Below, piece after piece: positions 59,901-64,000 of a stretch of DNA of 64,000 nucleotides; positions within the stretch are counted from its first letter, which is position 1; each line of letters starts with the position of its first letter. The stretch is from positions 224,001 through 288,000 of the forward strand of contig NZ_JAQNDL010000005.1 of the NCBI RefSeq assembly GCF_028368995.1, read 5' to 3'. A model generated the notes under the pieces. That model was not told the DNA's origin and ran no database searches. It saw only the letters and a program-made list of their open reading frames with translations. A program made the translations under genes and the position numbers. This DNA comes from Nannocystis bainbridge (GTDB taxonomy: Bacteria; Myxococcota_A; Polyangia; Nannocystales; Nannocystaceae).

Positions 59901-60401
59901 CTCGCCGTGGGTCTGCCCGCTCGCGTGGGCGGCCGCCAGCCCGCTCCCGGCCTGCACGTACATCGCCAGCACCTCGCGCCAGCCCCGCGGCTCGCGCTCC
60001 TGCCAGGCCCGCAGCGTCTCGCCCTGGACGAACTCCATCGCCACGTAGACGTGCCCGCGGGCCTCGCCGACCTCGTAGACCTGGACCACGTGCGGGTGCG
60101 CCACCCGGGCCTGCGCCTGCGCCTCGCGCTTGCAGCGGGCCGCCGCCGCCGGGTCGTGGTGGCCGGCGTGAATCAGCTTGAGCGCGATCCGGCGGTCGAG
60201 CTGCTCATCGTAGGCCGCGAACACCACCCCCATCGAGCCGGCCCCGAGCCGACGCAGCACCGCGAACCGGCCGACCCGCTCCGACTCGCTCGGCGGCCCC
60301 AGCAACTTGGCCTTGAGGTCCGCCCGCGCCAGCGCGTGCGCCAGCCGCTCCGGATCGATCCGGGGCGGCGTGGTGCTGACGAACCGCAGGTCGTCGGACA
60401 T
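56946..60401 (-). CDS. Ser/Thr kinase-like (probable pseudokinase) protein with WD40 repeats
   Basis: GAGSMGVV, IALKL and DFG present, but catalytic loop is HGEFKPES and activation segment PTAVAPEQ; many GH..W repeats. Confidence 0.9.
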   Translation of the reverse strand: MSDDLRFVSTTPPRIDPERLAHALARADLKAKLLGPPSESERVGRFAVLRRLGAGSMGVVFAAYDEQLDRRIALKLIHAGHHDPAAAARCKREAQAQARVAHPHVVQVYEVGEARGHVYVAMEFVQGETLRAWQEREPRGWREVLAMYVQAGSGLAAAHASGQTHGEFKPESVLVGDDGRARVVDFGLARVRAASVPQSMPEGEGPKEHVRMGMSIKTDRPGDAVAAPTAVAPEQHAGGEGDARSDVFGFCAALQEALHGVRPFAGERREEVQAAIVAGAIVRGAREVPGWLQRAVERGLQADPAARWPSMDALLEALGRDPSRLRRRLGLWLVTLAALFGGALVTWQQLAERHAADAAAEEVRAAAIAAEDARTQAAGEARRLAAAAGQQAGADPALRQLLAVAAVATAQARGEAPPLEVEQALLDALDGPRSDRFARPGGGVVDALAESDDGRWLATGEREGAVALWSTAAPRAPLDVALGTGSARALAFAPGGAALAIARAGDRPCVHALTPVGGLGAPTCWELPTTDPRDLAWGTGEALVVRDGPRVHVLRPGQPPQPLGEASDPLRRALWSPDGATLLTLSGDGTARLWPAAAGPARALKLPPPAARGATGLLAATWRGDGQEIVVARADHTAALVPVDGGPPQRLVGHTDEVYAAAYRPGGQQVVTVSRDGSARVWQRDGSSARIELQGHEEALLGVQVGPAGDLLLGTPAGGEAWLWQPGVRGPPLRLRGHAGSVVAASFSRDGARVLTASVDGSARRWRIADDPWLLRGHAAAIEQAAFLADGRTVVTAGLDGAARVWPRDGRASTRLGGHREGASTALAASPDGARLLTVGSDGRLRLWSLSGAEPVLLASLTAPRGAALLDARWSPAGELAAVAGEDGRVHVVRFPPVGPPSLDEVAAHAGAVRVLQFMSDGTAVASAGDDGPVRVTPLAGATVRKASLQGHAGPVRALAVDGELLASAGDDAVARVWSLARPEAAPIVLRGHAGSIGQVQLRPDGLAALTASTDGTACEWPLDGGEPVTLRGHTDAVWIAAYSPDGAAILTASADGSARLWSRRPEGLVALRLPHTPAAGPGEHDRRLWSGGFSSDGALVVTAGADGLARVFPATLAGRLAEACARAGRDLTPAEWAHDFGDRLYVKTCP

Positions 60402-60739
60402 CCGGCCGCGAGTCTACCCCGCGACGGCGCCGCCCGGCGCGCGCGTCCCCGCGCGCGCGCGCGCGCAGGGCCTCGATGCGCCGCTCGAACGCCTCGCGCA
60501 AGTTTGGCGGATCGGCCGCGTCGCCGGAGCGAAGCGCAGCCGGCCGTCCTGGTCCAAGAACCAGGTGGCCAAGGGAAGCTCGCTACGCCGACCCGCGCGC
60601 CATACCCGTCGTCCATCACCACCTCGTAGCCGATCCCGCGACCTCGCGCGCGCGGTGCCGCCGCGACCTCGCGCGCGTTGTGCCGTCGAAATGTGGCTCT
60701 CACGACCGCGACGTCGGGCGAGTCGGCGCGCGCAGCCGC

Positions 60740-61060
60740 GAACTCGGCGAAAGGCCGGCAGCTCGAGCAGGCAGCCCTCGCAGGCGCAGAAGAAGGCGCT
60801 CGACCAGAAACAGGCCGCCGTCCGCGAGGCGATGTACCAGACCTTCCCGCCGCTCCAGACCGCCGACAGCGTCACGGACAGCGGCCTCGTGCAGAACCAG
60901 TTTGTGGGCGATCCTCGTCACCCAGGACTGGACCCCTGTGTTCCTGCCGCGCTTCCAGGGTGAGTGGGTCGGCATCGAGCGGGACAAGGGCTTCGCGTTC
61001 GCGCCGGGCAAGAAGACCAAGTGGAGCGACGAATTCGGCGGCGACCAGGCGGGCGGAACG
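60740..61060 (+). pseudogene. frameshifted gene fragment truncated at island boundary
   Basis: High-GC3 coding-like stretch AQKKALDQKQAAVREAMYQTFPP..QNQF shifts frame to WAILVTQDWTPVFLPRFQGEW..GGDQAGG, then composition changes abruptly. Confidence 0.4.
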
Positions 61061-61096
61061 TGCTATTCTGATTCGGAATGCTCGAGCATCGAGGAC

Positions 61097-62206
61097 TCAT
61101 TCTATCCGCAACCGCTCGAAACCCATATCGCCGGACCCTTCGCCTATGTCAGCGACATCCAAGCGGTAGCGTTCTATCCTATGTCGGAGGACCTTCTGAC
61201 TCACACCCATGTGCTGAGCCAATTGAATCCAAGTCCAGCGTTCCAGCCTTTTCAATTCCATACTCCAGCGATAGAGTTCACGCTCGAGGTGCCCTAGGTG
61301 GATAGTGTGCGCCCTCAAGCGGAGATGTGGCATGCTTAGGTGCTCGAACAGGCCCACTTCGCTAAGAAAGAATTCGGGCGAATGCCTAAACGTGTCGGCG
61401 TTCCATTCAGGAACGGAAATGCCGTATGTCCTCGTCGCTTTCAGGAGCGCCTTCGGTTGTAGCCCAAGCATCAATGATGCCTCTGTCATCCCGCCTGCAC
61501 TCGCCAGCGCAACCTTTATAGCTTGCTCCATTACGGCTTTGACGATGTCATCACTCTCATCGAAGAAAACGGGATCGCATCGAACAGGTAGAAAAAACGC
61601 CGCCGCCCTATGTGACTTTCGCGTCGTGATGTCTAGAACGTCAAAACCACCCAACCGCCCGAACTTGCGATTCGCGTAATTCGCAGCCAAGTTTATAGCT
61701 TGCTCAGTGTCCAGTGAGACAACAATCACCACGCTGCCTGAAAGTATGAACTCGACGACAATCTCAGATCCCTCACAGCGGCGGGCCAAATCAGCCACTA
61801 TTGAGGTAAGAGCATCTTGATCAAATGCGCCAAGTCTGCCTCTTAGTTTTATGATGATCTGCGTCTTGTGTCCGAAAGAGCTTGTTTCGGCATTTCTTCC
61901 AATGCGGTACCCAAACAGGGAGGCGAGGCGTTCAACCTCCGCAATTCTCCGTGGAAAACGGCCTCGTAGCCGCAAGAAGAAAACTTCATCAAGCAAACGA
62001 CGCCGCTTCAATGATTGAATACCAGCGGTTACGACATCTGTCGGAGTAGCTCCGACTGGGATTCCGGCATACACGCTGTCACCTTCAGGCCCCAAGACCA
62101 AGAATGAGATCAGCTCAGGCACGCTGAACGCACTCAAGAGAAAAGAGTAGAGTTCCTCATCAGGAGAGTCAGCTCTAAGTTCAACGGTATGGGTCTGCAG
62201 GTCCAT
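61097..62206 (-). CDS. low-GC protein: effector-associated-domain-like N-terminus, central alpha/beta domain, Fis-type HTH segments
   Basis: LYSFLLSAFSVPELISFL..LLDEVFFLRL..FPRR; SGSVVIVV; ALASAGGMTEASLMLGL and LAQHMGVSQKVLRHRI. Confidence 0.65.
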   Translation of the reverse strand: MDLQTHTVELRADSPDEELYSFLLSAFSVPELISFLVLGPEGDSVYAGIPVGATPTDVVTAGIQSLKRRRLLDEVFFLRLRGRFPRRIAEVERLASLFGYRIGRNAETSSFGHKTQIIIKLRGRLGAFDQDALTSIVADLARRCEGSEIVVEFILSGSVVIVVSLDTEQAINLAANYANRKFGRLGGFDVLDITTRKSHRAAAFFLPVRCDPVFFDESDDIVKAVMEQAIKVALASAGGMTEASLMLGLQPKALLKATRTYGISVPEWNADTFRHSPEFFLSEVGLFEHLSMPHLRLRAHTIHLGHLERELYRWSMELKRLERWTWIQLAQHMGVSQKVLRHRIERYRLDVADIGEGSGDMGFERLRIE

Positions 62207-62361
62207 GGAGGGATGCCGCCAAATTTTCAACCCGCTGTCAAGTAAGTAAAATTCCTGATGTCCAGATAAGACCAGGAATGCAGTTCTGCCATGGCGAAAG
62301 ATTTGCGCCGGTCGTCGGTGTAAGCTTGACGGGCGAACGATGGAAGGCCCTATTATAGGGT

Positions 62362-62808
62362 ATGAGCATGAAGAGCCCCTACGAGGCGCCCAAGGAGAAC
62401 GAATTTCGCCCAGTTTTGATGAGCATTCTGCGAGCGGCGCTCAGTCAAACAATCCCAGGCTTAGGTGCCCACGGAGAGATGCCTCGAAGGCAATCAATTG
62501 ACGATAGACTGAGTCGTTTGGCAAAAATTCTGCAGGACCTAGAGGACGCGGCAGCGGCCACGAGGGAATTACGCGATGAGGCCGAACAAACAAAAGAGGA
62601 AGCCGAAAAACTGAAAGCTCAGGTTCTTGAGTTGCAGATTGACAAACAGGCTGCTGAAAAACTCGCCAACGTTGAAGTTGAGCCATTCCTGCGTATCCTG
62701 GACAAATCAAGAGATCAAGGATTACGCCGTGCTCGGCTTGAAGGTCTTGCTCTGGGGTTCCTTTCTGGGTTCGCTTCTAGCATAGCGGTCTGGTACATCA
62801 CGAGTTGA
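62362..62808 (+). CDS. low-GC coiled-coil protein with C-terminal TM helix
   Basis: Heptad-rich middle region, GFLSGFASSIAVWYI tail. Confidence 0.65.
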   Translation: MSMKSPYEAPKENEFRPVLMSILRAALSQTIPGLGAHGEMPRRQSIDDRLSRLAKILQDLEDAAAATRELRDEAEQTKEEAEKLKAQVLELQIDKQAAEKLANVEVEPFLRILDKSRDQGLRRARLEGLALGFLSGFASSIAVWYITS

Positions 62809-62849
62809 GAGTACAACCTCAACTCGGACGCGCCGCATGCGTCGACGAG

Positions 62850-63171
62850 CCTCCCCCCGCCTAGGGAGCTGCCGAGCGCAGCAACCCGGGCTTGTCGGGG
62901 GAGAACTTCGCACCAGCGTCTCGCCGTCGACCTCACCGCGGACCCGCACCAGCGCATCGCTAGCTCGACCTCGATCACCCTCCATCGCCAGCGCGGCCGC
63001 GACTTGCTCCGTCACGTCGACGAGGCCAGCGACCGGCGCCCCAGTCCTCGTCGATGCCGTTGCATCTGTCTGCCGCCGCAGTTTCGCCGCGTACTCCTTG
63101 CACGTCAGGCCGCTCCGGGCCCATCCCTCGACCCGCTCCCGCCACGCGGAGCCCGTCTCGACGACCTTCAC
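62850..63171 (-). mobile_element. degenerate IS66-family TnpA (orfA) remnant
   Basis: AWRERVEGWARSGLTCKEYAAK and VRVRGEVDGETL resemble the IS66 accessory TnpA; internal deletion/frameshift; no TnpB or TnpC seen. Confidence 0.6.
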
Positions 63172-63516
63172 CCTTCGCCTCGCTCCCGGATCCGCTTCAC
63201 GATGACTCCGCCGTCGCAAATCCGAAAGCCCAGCCGGATCCCGCCGGCCACGGGGTGCTCCTCCCACACCATGTTGGGGGGCAGCAGCAACGAGAAGCTT
63301 CCTCGAGGCGGTGTTCTGGGCTGCACCACGACCGCACCGCGAAGTACTGCTCCTGGCTGAACCAAATGTATCCGTCCGACGTAGTGCCTCCGCCGAGGCT
63401 CTACAAGGGCTCGCGGAGGAGCGATGACCTCGAAGCAGAACGACGACTCGGACACGCGGCGTGTAGACGAATCGGATCCGATGCCAGGGGGCACATCTAA
63501 CCGAGGGGACCAGGCC

Positions 63517-64000
63517 TTACCCCCACGGACCACCACGATACTGGCCATTCCGCCCTCGCCAGCGTCCATCTCCATCCTTTGAATTCATTGTCGCCAGTGC
63601 GATCCCCCCCAATAACAGGAGACCCAAGCTGTCGCTCAGTCGCTTCATGGAAGTCACACCGGAATAGCCCCGGGGCCGCTGGAGTTGAGCGCGCGCTGGC
63701 GCTGCCTGCCCCGCCTGGGGACGTGGCTGTCCCGCCGGGGGATGTGCTGGCGCCGTCCGTTCCGCGTGCGTTCGCGCTGGCGCTGCCTGTCCCGCCTGCG
63801 GCCGCGCTTGCGCTGCTTCAGGACGCGGCTGTGCGGCCTCGGAAACCTTACGGCGATTAAACTCTTCTTCCCCCGCGCTGGCGAGGATCTGCAGGCAATG
63901 ACCAATCGATGGACGCCTAGCGGGGTTCACGTGCACCATTGCGAGCAACATGTCCTTCACCTGCTGGGGAAGGCCCGCACGGGTTGCGAGTGCTGACGGA
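63517..64000 (-). CDS. C-terminal part of a probable Ser/Thr kinase (5' end outside window)
   Basis: Frame open to the window edge; LLAMVHVNPARRPSI resembles kinase subdomain XI; duplicated RPQAGQAAPAR linker; TM helix near the end. Confidence 0.6.
   Translation of the reverse strand, partial: PSALATRAGLPQQVKDMLLAMVHVNPARRPSIGHCLQILASAGEEEFNRRKVSEAAQPRPEAAQARPQAGQAAPARTHAERTAPAHPPAGQPRPQAGQAAPARAQLQRPRGYSGVTSMKRLSDSLGLLLLGGIALATMNSKDGDGRWRGRNGQYRGGPWG

Noticed and set aside
53019-60629. Long plus-strand ORFs 53019..56495 and 56835..60629
   Set aside because: Arg/Pro-rich antisense shadows of the two kinase genes
62820-63500. Intact IS66 element
   Set aside because: Only a damaged TnpA-like fragment; no TnpB, transposase or terminal inverted repeats identified

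Overview
Very GC-rich window whose gene content (Thr-rich lipoproteins, Cys-rich ferritin-like lipoprotein, Ser/Thr kinases fused to WD40 or TPR arrays, ECF sigma) points to a myxobacterium, probably Nannocystis-like (inference). Most of it is chromosomal housekeeping and myxobacterial accessory genes: CDF transporter, MenA-like prenyltransferase, LolC/E-like permeases, tatA, MltD-like lytic transglycosylase, moeA, RluA-family synthase, PP2C phosphatase and proteases. A lower-GC, IS66-scarred island starts near 61.06 kb. Highlights: (1) two tandem, separately terminated retron-type msr/msd non-coding units at 2146-2750 with fully covarying 24-bp stems and no recognisable reverse transcriptase in the window; (2) an operon pairing a PilZ-PilZ-LuxD-like thioesterase-methyltransferase fusion with a membrane histidine kinase-REC-HD-GYP fusion, a candidate c-di-GMP-gated fatty-acid-ester signalling circuit; (3) a pervasive palindrome, C(A/C)TGTCC-N4-GGACA(T/G)G, that chains into 14-bp-phased arrays, including inside genes; (4) a six-unit degenerate non-coding repeat array at 30.9-31.45 kb; (5) a lipoprotein with two truncated-haemoglobin domains; (6) an orphan DUF2169/PAAR-like spike cluster. 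All family assignments come from motifs recognised by eye; no database search was run.
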